A stretch of 64,000 bases of DNA. It comes from the human T2T-CHM13v2.0 reference genome, Homo sapiens. A model generated the notes under the pieces. It was given only the letters and a program-made list of their open reading frames with translations, ran no database searches and was not told where the DNA came from. A program made the position numbers and the translations under genes. Each line of letters opens with the position of its first letter. Position 1 is the first letter of the stretch. This document shows positions 1-11,254 of this stretch, piece after piece. Location: the NCBI RefSeq assembly GCF_009914755.1, contig NC_060941.1. The stretch is one strand, 5' to 3'.

Positions 1-411
1 TCCCAGCCACACACCAATTTCTTCTACAAAGGGTGTGCCTTAGCCTTCTCAATTATACGACCTCCTGGGCAGAACCATGTCCTGCAGTGGCAACTTGGCC
101 ACCTGGAAGCCTCTTCTCAGGAGTCACTCCAGAGTCAACCGCTAAGCCCTGGCCATGTGCAAGAGCTCATGCCACATATGAAGAAAGACATTTGGAAGGT
201 CCCTGTCTTCAAGGAACTTATAATCTGATACACAGCAAAAGACCTGCCTGCAAATGACTCCAGCACAGCACGGGACTTGCTAAAGGCCATAAGATCTAGC
301 ACAGAGCATTAGGGGCGAGGATGATTTTGGCGGAGACAGATGATCCAGGAAACCTTTGTGGAGAAAGCAACATCCAAGATGGACTGTGAAGGATGGGGAC
401 AATTTTAATAG

Positions 412-940
<529 letters not shown>

Positions 941-1339
941 TAGCTGAACCTGCTGGATTTTTAGGGAAAACCTGAGTGTTAAACACCCCAGCCATACCTC
1001 AGGTGTTTTCCAAGGCCGGAGTGCGAAGTACCACCCCAGGGGTCCCTATACTATCTTTGGGAGGCAGATGCCTGTGCTGAGTGAGTTACTCAGGGGTGTT
1101 CCCTTGAAATTCATTTATTAGCCATCTCCACTCAAACCTCAATGTCTCAGGCCTTGAGCTTGGGAAATGCTTCCAGCTCGTGTCAGCAGCCCCACAGAGC
1201 ATGTGCCAGGAGCTGTGCACAGCACTGGAGACCCCACTGCAACCGCCTGCGGTTGAAACCAGCTCAAGTCTTTCATTACCGCACCCATCAGAGGCAGCCC
1301 GAGGTCCTCCGGCTAGAATAAAAATGACGATAACCACTG

Positions 1340-1535
1340 CTGTTATTTATTGAGTATTACTACGTGCTGGGCGTGCTTGTAAGCATATTACATGTAACAA
1401 CATGCCTTGCCCCTCAACCACCTCATGAGCAGCTTTCACCATTATTCCCATTTTACAGATGGAGAAATTGATGCTCAAGGAGTTAAATAACTGGCCCTGA
1501 AGGTTGTGGAGCTGGGAAGTGACAGAGCAGGGCCT
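1340..1535 (-). mobile_element. MIR SINE
   Basis: MIR core in reverse: CCCATTTTACAGATGGAGAAATTGA...TTAAATAACT. Confidence 0.8.
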
Positions 1536-1746
1536 CCTAACTGCTACTGTGTACACATACCGGGTTTTCTGGGCCTCATGCAGACCCATCGAACCATATG
1601 GAGATAGGGGCGGACGCTGCCCGACACCCACTTGGCTAGTGAGCTGAGGTTCTGGCCTCTTCTGGTCAACAGGGAGGGCAGGCCAGACTCAGGGGGTTTC
1701 GAGCCAGAGACCTGCAGGGTTTAATGGAGTGGAACGTGCCATCCAC

Positions 1747-1966
1747 AGCGGGATTTCTCAACCTCACCACTACTGACATTTCACACCGTGAGTTCCTTGT
1801 TGTGGGGGCCTGGTTCTGTGCAGTGTAGGATGCTTACCAGCATCCTCGGCTCCTATCTGCTAGATGCCAGCAACAACCTCTCAGCTGTGACAACCAAAAG
1901 GTCTCCAGACATGGCCAAATGTCTCCGGGGAGGGGGAGGGGACCAACCCTGATTGAGACCCACTGA
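1747..1966 (-). mobile_element. MER20 (hAT-Charlie DNA transposon)
   Basis: TGTGACAACCAAAAGGTCTCCAGACATGGCCAAATGT and TAGATGCCAG match recalled MER20 in reverse; termini TTTCTCAACC / TTGAGACCCACTG. Confidence 0.85.
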
Positions 1967-2258
1967 CCTTGAGTAAACATGTTAGATGAGCTTGCTTCCT
2001 TAGCAAATAGCTGGACGACAAAAACTGCTCAGACTGAGTGTGGAGAACACCTGATCTCACGCATCTCATTTGAGAATTTCTAGCCTCAGTGGAGTGCAGG
2101 CTTCTAGGGAACTTAGCTATGGCACGACAGATTTGGGGCTGAGCAACCACCTTTGAGAACCACCAGGCCTCAGCTCCCTTAGTCCAAAGCCAGTGGTCAC
2201 TCTCAAAGCTCACTGTTGCACAATTCCAGGGGTACTTTTCACCTTGTGTTCTCTGACC

Positions 2259-2277
2259 ATGGCGCCCCCTGGAGTTG
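2259..2277 (-). promoter_or_regulatory. CTCF-like motif, probably inside a MER91-type fragment (about 2205-2295)
   Basis: Minus strand reads ACTCCAGGGGGCGCCA versus the consensus core CCACCAGGGGGCGCTA; adjacent GGAGTTGTGCAGTG resembles MER91. Confidence 0.55.
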
Positions 2278-3147
2278 TGCAGTGGGACACTCCTGCTTGA
2301 GCGCAGATTGCTGCTCAGCCTGGGGTGTAGTTCTGGGGTTCGAGGTGCACGCTCTCAGGAGAGGTAGTGGAGAGAGTCATGGGTTTCTCTGAGAATTGGC
2401 AAGCGAAGGGACGGCAACCTGCAGCCTTGCTCTCCAGGCTATATTCCCTGGCCGGTTGATTATGAAAGGAGAATGGCATATCCCTGACAAGCCCTGCTTC
2501 ACCCCGGCTTTCAGATCCTCCCATGTGCGATGAGCGTGTGTGTTCTTGTGTGGCAGGCCCTTACATACTGTTTTGATTGTTATCATCTTGCCGTGAAAGG
2601 CCTGATTGTTCAGGCCTGGAGATGACATCACCGGCTTCCCACTAGGGCAGCCTGTCGAGGTGTTTGATGAGCCTGCAGGTGGGAAGGGGCTGGGTACTCC
2701 CCGCAGGGCTGCCCGGCCCTACCTGCTCAGAGGAGCTGGCTTAGCACGCAAGGGATCTTCCCCCACCCTCTTGGTGCAGTTCTCGGAAACTTCTTGGTGC
2801 AGGCTGGCGAGATGAGATGACCCATCCATTCCCTTACAGTCTGCTGCCTTCCTTCGAGGGGGTGAGGAAGAGCCCAAGGAAGTCAGCCGGAAGGCAGGGT
2901 GGTGGCTGAGGGTGATTCAGGCCACCACTGTGCACTTCTCCCTGCAGAAGTGTAGACAAACCGCCCACATTTCTATGGGATCACTGACTCCCAGAGGAAT
3001 GCTCTGAAGACCTTCACCTGCTAAGTGTCCCAGCAAAGCAAACCAATCCTATGGGCTAGCCAAGTATGAGGCTGCCTCATACAATGTGGTGGGGGCACAC
3101 ATCTGAGAGCAATGTGCCTCTGTAGCCATCAAAAGACACATCTTAAA

Positions 3148-3290
3148 CTGGGCGCAGTGGTTCGCGCCTGTAATCCCAGCAACTCAGGAGATGGGTGGGA
3201 GGACTGCCTGAGCCCAGGAGTTTGAGGCTGTAGTACTATGATGGAGCCATGGCAGTCCAGCCTGGACTGGCCAACAGAATGAGGCCTTTT
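3148..3290 (+). mobile_element. Old Alu monomer (FAM/FRAM-like)
   Basis: Single-arm Alu CTGGGCGCAGTGG...GCCTGTAATCCCAGC...GAGCCCAGGAGTTTGAGGCTG, running into an expanded purine tail. Confidence 0.8.
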
Positions 3291-3293
3291 TTT

Positions 3294-3865
3294 AGAAAGA
3301 AAAGAAAGGAAGAAAGAAAAGAGGAAAGGAAGAAAGAAAAGAGGAAAGAAAGAAAGAGAGAGGGAGAGAGAGAAAAGAAAGAAAAGGAAGGGAAGGAAAA
3401 GAAAAGAAAGAAAAGGAAAGAAGGAGGGAAGAAAGAAAAAGAAAGAGAAAGAAAGAAAAAGAAAGAAAAGAAAAAAAAGAAAAAGGAAGGAAAGGAAGGA
3501 AAAGAAAAGAAAGAAAAGGAAGGAAGGAGGGAAGAAAGAGAAGAAAGAGAAAGAAAGAGAGAAAGAAAGAAAAGAAAAGAAAAAGGAAAGAAAGGAAGGA
3601 AAAGGAAAGAAAAGGAAGGAAGGAAGGAGAGAAGAAAGAGAAGAAAGAGAGAAAGAAAGAAAGAGAGAAAGAAAAAGAAAAAAGAAAAGAAAAAGGAAGG
3701 AAAAGAAGGAAAAGAAAAAGAAAAGGAAGGAGGGAAGAAAGAGAAGAAAGAGAGAGAGAGAAAGAAAAAAGAAAAAAAGGAAGGAAAGGAAGGAAAAGAA
3801 AAGAAAGGAAGGAAGGAAGGAGGGAAGAAAGAGAAGAAAGAGAGAAAGAAAGAGAAAGAGAGAAA
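3294..3865 (+). repeat. GA-rich low-complexity polypurine tract (572 bp)
   Basis: Only A and G on the + strand; mixed GAAA, GGAA and GA units with recurring longer blocks. Confidence 0.97.
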
Positions 3866-3889
3866 TAAAGACAGGCACACACATCCTGG

Positions 3890-4170
3890 GAGTGCTGTTA
3901 TTCATGGCAGTGCTATCAATAATAGTCATAAACTGGAAACCATGCAAGTGCCCCTCTACAACAGAATGAGTAAAATAAACTCATTTTATTCCTTGTGTTC
4001 TATTCACACAATGGAATACTGTGTGGCAATAAGAATGAAAGGTTTATACCTCTGTGTGAGTCTGGAGCCACGTCACAGACACAATTCTGAGTGAGAAAAA
4101 CTAGACACAAAATAGTAAGTGTTGTACAGTCCTATTTACACAAAGTCCCCAAACAGGCACAACCAAGCTA
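3890..4170 (+). mobile_element. Old L1M 3' fragment
   Basis: AACTGGAAAC...ATTCACACAATGGAATACT...TGAGTGAGAAAAACTAGACACAAAA, typical of the L1 ORF2 end and 3' UTR. Confidence 0.7.
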
Positions 4171-4359
4171 TGCCTTCTTAGCTACTAATTTAATGGCCAT
4201 TAGCCCATTGGCAGTTTAATTTGTTAATTCTCCTTAACATATTTGAAATTTTACAAACAACACGTTTGAGCAGAAACCGACAACTCTCTAAAGGTAGGAT
4301 TTCAGTTCCTAGGGAGGAGTCATATTTTTGGGAAAAGAGTATCTTCCCATTACCTTTTT

Positions 4360-4612
4360 AAAAAGATATTTTACTGCAGTTGAATGTATGTGCAGAAAAG
4401 AGCAGATCCGCCTGCGTTGTACAGGATAACGTTTCAGAAACTAAGCAAACCCATGAAACCCACATCCCGATCAAGAAACGGAACATCACCAGCACCCTGA
4501 GACCCCCTCAATCCTGGGCTCCTGCTCCTCATGGGCCTCTCCTGAAGGAGAATCACTATCCTCACTTCTAACAGCAGAGCCTAGTTATATGTGATTTTGA
4601 ACTTTATATAGA
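4360..4612 (-). mobile_element. Old L1M 3' fragment
   Basis: ATCAAGAAACGGAACATCACCAGCACC...CACTATCCTCACTTCTAACAG...TTTTGAACTTTATATA. Confidence 0.6.
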
Positions 4613-4940
4613 TAGTTGAGGCAGCAGTGCAAGGCCCCAGAAGAGGATCGCCTGGGGGTCTGAATGATGAGGGCCTCAGTCTCATTTCCTGCGGACCTGG
4701 CATGTGGACAGTCTCCTTAGATCATGAGTTTGGACATCCGTGTGGGGTATTGCCTCAGGATATGAACGTCTGTCCCGCGAAGCATCTCTCACTCCAGTTT
4801 CTTATTCACGGAGGGCTTCAGCCTCTCCATCTGCAGCAAACACATCAGGGGAGGAGATGCAACCAAAACATTTAGTTCCCCAGCTCTCAAAATACTATCG
4901 CAAACCACTAACAATGTTTCCAGAATTTTAGTGCTTTCTT

Positions 4941-5180
4941 CTTGAGAGCTTGTTTGGAGGTTCTAGCAGGGGAGCGCAGCTACTTGTATACCCTTGACCG
5001 AAGACCGGTCCTCCTCTATTGGGGATGGTCGTCCTCTTCAACCAAGCGCACAGCTTCGGGAGGGACGCACATGGAGCGGTGAGGGAGGAAAGGGACACCC
5101 GCCTAGCCAGCCAGATCAGCCGAATCAACCCTGGCAATCAATGGAGTGACAGATGTCACAGCCAGATTGCCCTCACATCC
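4941..5180 (-). pseudogene. RN7SKP: 7SK snRNA retropseudogene, 3'-truncated (nt 1 to about 240)
   Basis: Reverse complement reads GGATGTGAGGGCAATCTGGCTG...CCTCCAAACAAGCTCTCAAG, matching the recalled 7SK 5' 240 nt with about 10 substitutions, mostly CpG transitions. TSD TTAGTGCTTTCTTCT at 4928-4942 and 5181-5195. Copy number suffix not determinable. Confidence 0.95.
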
Positions 5181-6054
5181 TTAGTGCTTTCTTCTAAGGA
5201 GCTTTAAGTGCCTTTATAAACAGTTATTATTTCTATGACAGAGGAGGTCCATTTTCTATTTTGTAGATGTAGTAACCAAGGTCCACAAAGGGTAAGCCAT
5301 GGACTGAAGGACACGCCGTGGGTCCCTGCAGTGAGGGAAAGGATGCTGGATGCCAAGCCCTCTTCCATACCTCATTGCTCCACATAAAACTGCAGAAGGC
5401 AGGGAGGGAAAGTGGTCAGTGGCAGCTTTGGGGAAGAGGAGACCATAAACCGTGGTGCCATTCTTGGCTACTCTCTGTCACACCTTATATGCAATTTGCC
5501 AGGGAAACCAGAGGCGGGGATCTACCTTTAGATCTGATGAGAATCCAGCCACTTCTCCCCTCTTCCATGGCTATACTAAGGTGCAAGCCTCCATCATGTC
5601 CTTCCTGGGCTACAGTAACAGCCTCCTAACCAGTCTCCCTGCTTCCACCTTTGCCCCTATAAACTCTATTCTCTGCAAATTTGCTAAGTCTGATTATGCT
5701 GCTCCTGTGTTGAAGACACTGCAGTGGCTCCCCATTCCACTCAGGGCCAGGGCCCACATCCCCTGCTGGCCTGTAATGACTTACACATTCGTGCCCTCCG
5801 TTCTCTTCTTCTCTTCTGATTTATCTTCTCTCCATTCTCTCTTCTCTCCATTCTTTTCTCCCTCCATTCTCTTCTTCTCTTCTGATTTCTTCTTCTATTG
5901 ATCTCTTCCTAGCTCCAGCTACACCAGCCATCTGGTCTCCTTGCTGTTCCTCCAGAATGCCTGGTTACTTCTACCTTGGGGCATTTTCACTGGAACATTC
6001 CTTCTCAGTTATCAGTGGCTCATTTCTTCAACTCTTTGAAGGCAAGGCCACAGG

Positions 6055-6416
6055 ACCTTCCCAAGGCCAGATCATAAAAGGCTTGTAGCTTCTTTCTCTC
6101 TTCTCTCTCTCTGGACTACTAGCTCTGGGGGAAGCCAGTTGCCATACTGTGAGAATATTCAAGCAGCCATGTGGAGGTGCCTACATGATGAGGAACTGAG
6201 ACTTCCTGCCAACAGCCATGGGAGTGCGCCATCTTGGAAATGGATCCTTCAGCCCCAGTCAAGACTTCAGGTGACTGCAGCCCCAGCTGACCTCTCTTGA
6301 TTGCCACCTCATGAGAGACCCTGAGCCAGGACCACTCAGCAAAACCACTCTCAGATTCTTAACCCATGAAAAAATTGAGATAATCTTTGTTGGTTTAAGC
6401 CACCAAGTTTTGAGGT

Positions 6417-6449
<33 letters not shown>

Positions 6450-6768
6450 AGACAGGGTCTTGCTGTTGCCCAGGCTGGAGTGCAGTGGCATGATCATGGC
6501 TCACTGCAGCCTTGACCTCTCAGGTTAAAGCTATCCTCCCATCTCAGCCTCTGAAGACCAAGGCATGTGCTACCAGGCCCAGCTAATTTTTTAAAAATTA
6601 CTTTTATAGAGATGGGGGTCTCACTATATTTCCCCGGCTTGTCTTGAATTCCTGGGCCCAAGTGATTCTCCTACCTCAGCTCCCAAAGTGTTGGGATTAA
6701 AGGTGTGAGCCACCACACCCAACCAAGTTTTGAGGTATTCCGTTACGCAGCAATAAGTAACTAATACA
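6055..6768 (+). mobile_element. MLT1F-like MaLR LTR, split by an Alu
   Basis: GAGGAACTGAGAC...GCCATCTTGGAAATGGATCC...TTTAAGCCACCAAGTTTTGAGG[Alu]...GCAGCAATAAGTAACTAATACA. Confidence 0.8.
6418..6724 (-). mobile_element. AluJ
   Basis: Poly-T plus reverse Alu; TSD ACCAAGTTTTGAGGT at 6402-6416 and 6722-6736. Confidence 0.95.
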
Positions 6769-7074
6769 GTCACCTTCTCAATGAAATCTACCTTTTTTCT
6801 AAAACCTAGTCTTTCTCTTTCTTTTTCTTTCTTTCTCTTTCTTTTCTCTCTCTTCCTTTTGATAGCATTTATTATCTCCTAACCTACTATATATAAGGTA
6901 TTAATTGTTTATGTTTATTATCTGTTCTTTCTCCCACACCTGACCTCACACTCAAACAAGCTAGGATTCTCTGTTCACTGATTTATCCCAAGCACATAGA
7001 CAAATGCCAGGTGCATACAGCAATGAAACAGACATGTGTGCAGATGCACGTCTAAGAGTTCTAGCAGGTCTGAT

Positions 7075-7200
7075 GTCTGCTCCCAGCTGCGTGTAATCAA
7101 TCAGCAGGGAGCATGTCACAATTCTCTGGGCCTCGGTGTCTTCAGCTGTAAAATAAGGAGGTTAAATTGGGCGACCCGTAAGTTCTTTTCCAGATCCTAC
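7075..7200 (+). mobile_element. MIR/MIR3 fragment
   Basis: TCTCTGGGCCTCGGTGTCTTCAGCTGTAAAATAAGGAGG. Confidence 0.6.
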
Positions 7201-8779
7201 GTTTTGTGATCCCTAAACAACGAGGGTATTGTGGGTTCTCTAGATTCCAGGGGTTGCAGAGACAGGCCTCTGCCTTTGCCAAAGCTCATTTTCCTGTCCA
7301 TTTTCCGTGCACATCTGGAAAGCCAAAAAGCAAAACCATCGCATTGTGCACATCTGGACAGCATAAACCGACCACTCCAAGAGGAAACTCCAAAACGGCT
7401 GCTCAGCAAAACGGCAGTGGAGGCCAAATGAGAAAGGTTGAAAGGGCTCCTTTCTTTTCTACCCGCAAAACAATCTTCTGGGCACAATCTTAGGAGCTGA
7501 ATGCTTTGCCGCTGAATAACATACGCTCTCAATAGGCTTCGACTGCAGTCTCTGTCACTTTGCTCTCTGCCTGGCTCCTGGCCAATGCAAAACATACAGA
7601 AGGGGGCTTTCTCCCCCACTGCCCCCTTGTTTAGACGGATCTATACCTTCACTTATCCTTGGGGCATGTGGCCCAAGTTCAAAGCTGAACACCACCACCA
7701 CCTGCTCCTCCTCTTCCTTCAGGGAGAGTGATTGAACTGCACGCCTAATGCAAACTAAAGGGGGAGTTTTCAGGGCTCGTGAGAAAACCTTGGCTATTTG
7801 CATGCAGTTAGAACATGCTCCCTTCCCTCCGTGGCTGAGAAGAGAAAGCTGCCTGGCAGTATGTAGTCTTGTTGTTTGACAACCAGCTTGGGATTCCAAA
7901 ACAAACAGGAATGATTATTCCTATTCCTTTGCAAATGATTTGAGGTTTCAGGGGCATTGAATTTATGCAGTGCAGGGAGAGCGAGAGGCATGTCCTGAAA
8001 TGTGGGGTGCTTCCCATTTGCACCTTCAGAGCTGATAATGTCCAGGGCTTGCTGGGGAGGACACTTTGGAGCACAGGAAAGTTTAAGCGGCAATAGAGAG
8101 CCTTTGAGTCAATGTCTTGTGAATAGCAGGGGATGCCTGCAAGGGGAGAATAAAGGTGAATGGAGACCTTGGGGTTAGGGTCATTCTCTAGACCTCCCTG
8201 AAGGGTGTAGGTGAAGAGGCAGGAGCAAGATGCAGGAAGTTAATAGCCCTGAAGTCTAGCCCTGGACCCTCACCCTCAAACAGCGGCATCTCCGTATGAC
8301 TCAGGACACTCTATGAGGTGAGACTCCTGCTGTTACCCTGAAGCCTAACCATATGGAAAGCACATGGCCTGCTGACTCTAGGTGCAGGGGGCGCTTTAGA
8401 AAACCAGGCGAGAAGCTGGCAAGAAAAGGAACAAAAGAGAAATCTTTTCCTTCCTTGCACTGTGTATTTTTGGACTTGCTTTCTAGCTAGCCAGGGACTC
8501 AGTGCTTTGCCATTGGGAAACAATTGTGTTTTCTTGGCTTCCCAGTATGGATGGCTGAGGGCAAGTGCAGGGTGCATGGCCAGGACGCCAGTGCCAGTAG
8601 GGTGGCTGGGGATATCATCAGCTGGGAGGCTCAGCACCTGCTGCTTTGCATATGCTACCAATGCTATGAAGATGGTGGGCAAAGCAACCACCCTCACCAG
8701 AGCCACTTCTTCCAGGAATGCCTGGTGCAGACTGCAGAGGCACCAGGCCAATAGCAACCATGGCAGGAACACCAGCACT

Positions 8780-9020
8780 GCTTACTAAGCCCCTGCCCTA
8801 CACCAGGCCCAATGCTAAGCACTGTTCATGCATCTTCTCATTTTTCTCTGGCACTTGCTCTATGCAGAAAATATTACCAACCCATTTTATAGATGAAGAA
8901 ACTGAGGCTTACAGAAGTTAAGTACTCTCTCCCAAGTTCACCAGCCTGTAAGCAGCCCAGCTGAAATTTCAGTTCAGGTCTGCTGACTCCAGAGCTCAAG
9001 GGCTTCCCCTGTGTGGCCAT
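8780..9020 (-). mobile_element. MIR SINE
   Basis: CCCATTTTATAGATGAAGAAACTGAGGCTTACAGAAGTTAAGT...CTGACTCCAGAGCTC. Confidence 0.85.
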
Positions 9021-9909
9021 GCTGCCTCCCATATTCCTGCAGAAACAGTGCAGAGTGAGGGTGGATCTTGCTGTAATCTTGGTTTAGGGTAGCCTGTGAT
9101 TATTAGCAATACTTTGTACCATGAAATCATGTATTGCCAATTTTCCTCTGTGGGGTGGAATCTGACACAGACAATGTGAAAGATTTCTATAAATATTAAT
9201 GCTGTTTGCTATAAATATTAATGCTGTTTAAGAATCTTTTAAAAAAAAAAAAGAAGTTTCCAGTATTTTCAGTGACTCACTGGCTTCTAGCACATACCTG
9301 GTGGGCTTTTCTCTCTTGACCAAGTCAGTAACTATAAAGCAAAAAAAAAAAAAAATTCCCTAGCTCTGATTAGATGCTGAGTTTAACTGGCTCTGACGGA
9401 TGCCCCAGGAAATATTCCCAAGGTGCCAAACTCCGGTCTTCTGGGTGGGAGGAAGCCAATGTAATACTTTTATCTCTGTAGCTCTTGCTGGTCAGTCCCC
9501 ACTGAAGTTTGCAAACTCTGTGTGCTGGTTTGTGCAAGAGGGACTATGAAGCTGGTTTTGACTTTGCAAACAGCACAGACCTCTGAGGGATAACTCAGCA
9601 ATGTGCAGAGGGGTAGAAAAAAGGAATGAGAAGTTCAAAGTGAGGAGAGAGAGCACAACCACAGCTATGAATGGGCATGAAGGAAGGAGAAAAGTTGGGA
9701 CCAGTGTCCACCACATGGCCAAGAAAGTGTAATCATGCAACAACTGCTTGGTCCCCACCTGGAGAGCCACTCACAGACACACAGTGTTCAGAGCCCATCA
9801 ACTCAGAGCTGAGACTTAATAACTAATCTGTGGAAATAGGAGTTTATAGCAATGGTCTTCTACCCCTGTTGAAAACTGCATCCTATGGAAGACAGCCAGT
9901 TCTCAGGGC

Positions 9910-10195
9910 CCTTCAAAAATGTCAGTGTCATGTGAGACAGAAAAGGCAGGGTACCTGTCTTCCATTAATGGAGATTAAGGAGATGGGACAACCAAAGCAA
10001 ACAAATAAAACGATACAAGGGAAACACATAAAACAATAGCAACAACTAACCAAACTAACAAATCCATAAAGGACATTGGGAATGTTAAGAAAACCTGAAC
10101 AGGGTCAGTATATTCGATAATTTTATTATATCAATGTTAAATTTTCTGGATGGGATAACCATATTGTAGTTATGCAGGAGAATGTTTTGTTTTTG
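9910..10195 (+). mobile_element. Old L1M 3' UTR fragment
   Basis: TTCAAAAATGTCAGTGTCATG...TATATCAATGTTAAATTTTCTG...GTTATGCAGGAGAATGT. Confidence 0.6.
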
Positions 10196-10749
10196 TTTTT
10201 CTCAAAGTTATATAGGTTGCTCTACCTCAAGACTTCTCGAAAATGTACGTAACTGTAAGACGATGATCAAAACTGGGAAATCACATTGGCACGACACTAT
10301 GAACTAAACCACAGACTTTATTCAAGTCTCATCAATTCTCCCCTGACATCCTTTTGCTATTTCAGGATCCAGTGTGGGATCCCATGTTGCATTTAGTTGT
10401 GATGTCTCCTTTGCCTCCCCTACTTTGCAATAATGTTTCAGTCTTTCCTTGATTTTCATGACTTTGAAGAGTGCTGGCCAGCTATTTTGTAGAATGTCTC
10501 TCAAATTTGGGTTTCTCTGATATTTTCTCATGATTACATTGAGGTTATCCTTTTTTGGCAAGAATATCCAGAAGTGATATGTCCACATCAGTCAGAGGGC
10601 ACAGGAAAACTCGATGTGTCTTATTCCTGGTGATGCCAACCTTGATCACTTGCATAAAGTAGTTTGTGCTGGGTTTCTCCACTATGAAGCCATCATTTCC
10701 CTTTTATAGTTAGTAAAAATTTGAAGGGAGATACCAATATGCCAATATC

Positions 10750-11193
10750 AGCCAGGTGCGGTGGCTTAAGCCTGTAATCCTAATACTTTGAGAGACTGAG
10801 GGGGGCAGACTGCTTGAGCCCAGGAGTTGGAGACCCTCCTGGGCAACATAGGGAGACCCCCATCTCTACAAAACAAACTATATGTATACATACACACACA
10901 CGTATATATACATATACACGTATAGATGTATATACACATATATATACGTATAGATGTATATACACATATATACGTATAGATGTATATACACATATATATA
11001 CGTATAGATGTATATACACATATATACGTATAGATGTATATACACATATATATACGTATAGATGTATATACACATATATATACGTATAGATGTATATACA
11101 CATATATATACGTATAGATGTATATACACACATATATATACTTGTACATATATAGTTTGTTTTGTAGAGATACGTATACACACACACACATTT

Positions 11194-11254
<61 letters not shown>

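Larger units (their letters stand above)
5540..7020 (+). mobile_element. L2 LINE 3' region, interrupted by an MLT1 LTR and an Alu
   Basis: AACAGCCTCCTAACCAGTCTCCCTGCTTCCACC (L2 hallmark) near 5620; L2 3' end TGTTCACTGATTTATCCCAAGCAC near 6975. Confidence 0.7.

Noticed and set aside
2673-2722. Possible 50-nt intron extending the small ORF to ...SRLIKHLDRLP*
   Set aside because: Shorter than typical human introns; no supporting evidence
3129-4094. Four long ORFs (196-281 aa; K/E/R-rich or F/L/S-rich)
   Set aside because: They translate the GA tract, which cannot contain stop codons, plus Alu and L1 flanks
4941-5180. Functional 7SK gene
   Set aside because: 3' about 90 nt missing, CpG decay, TSD present, no upstream PSE/TATA and no Pol III terminator at the 7SK end
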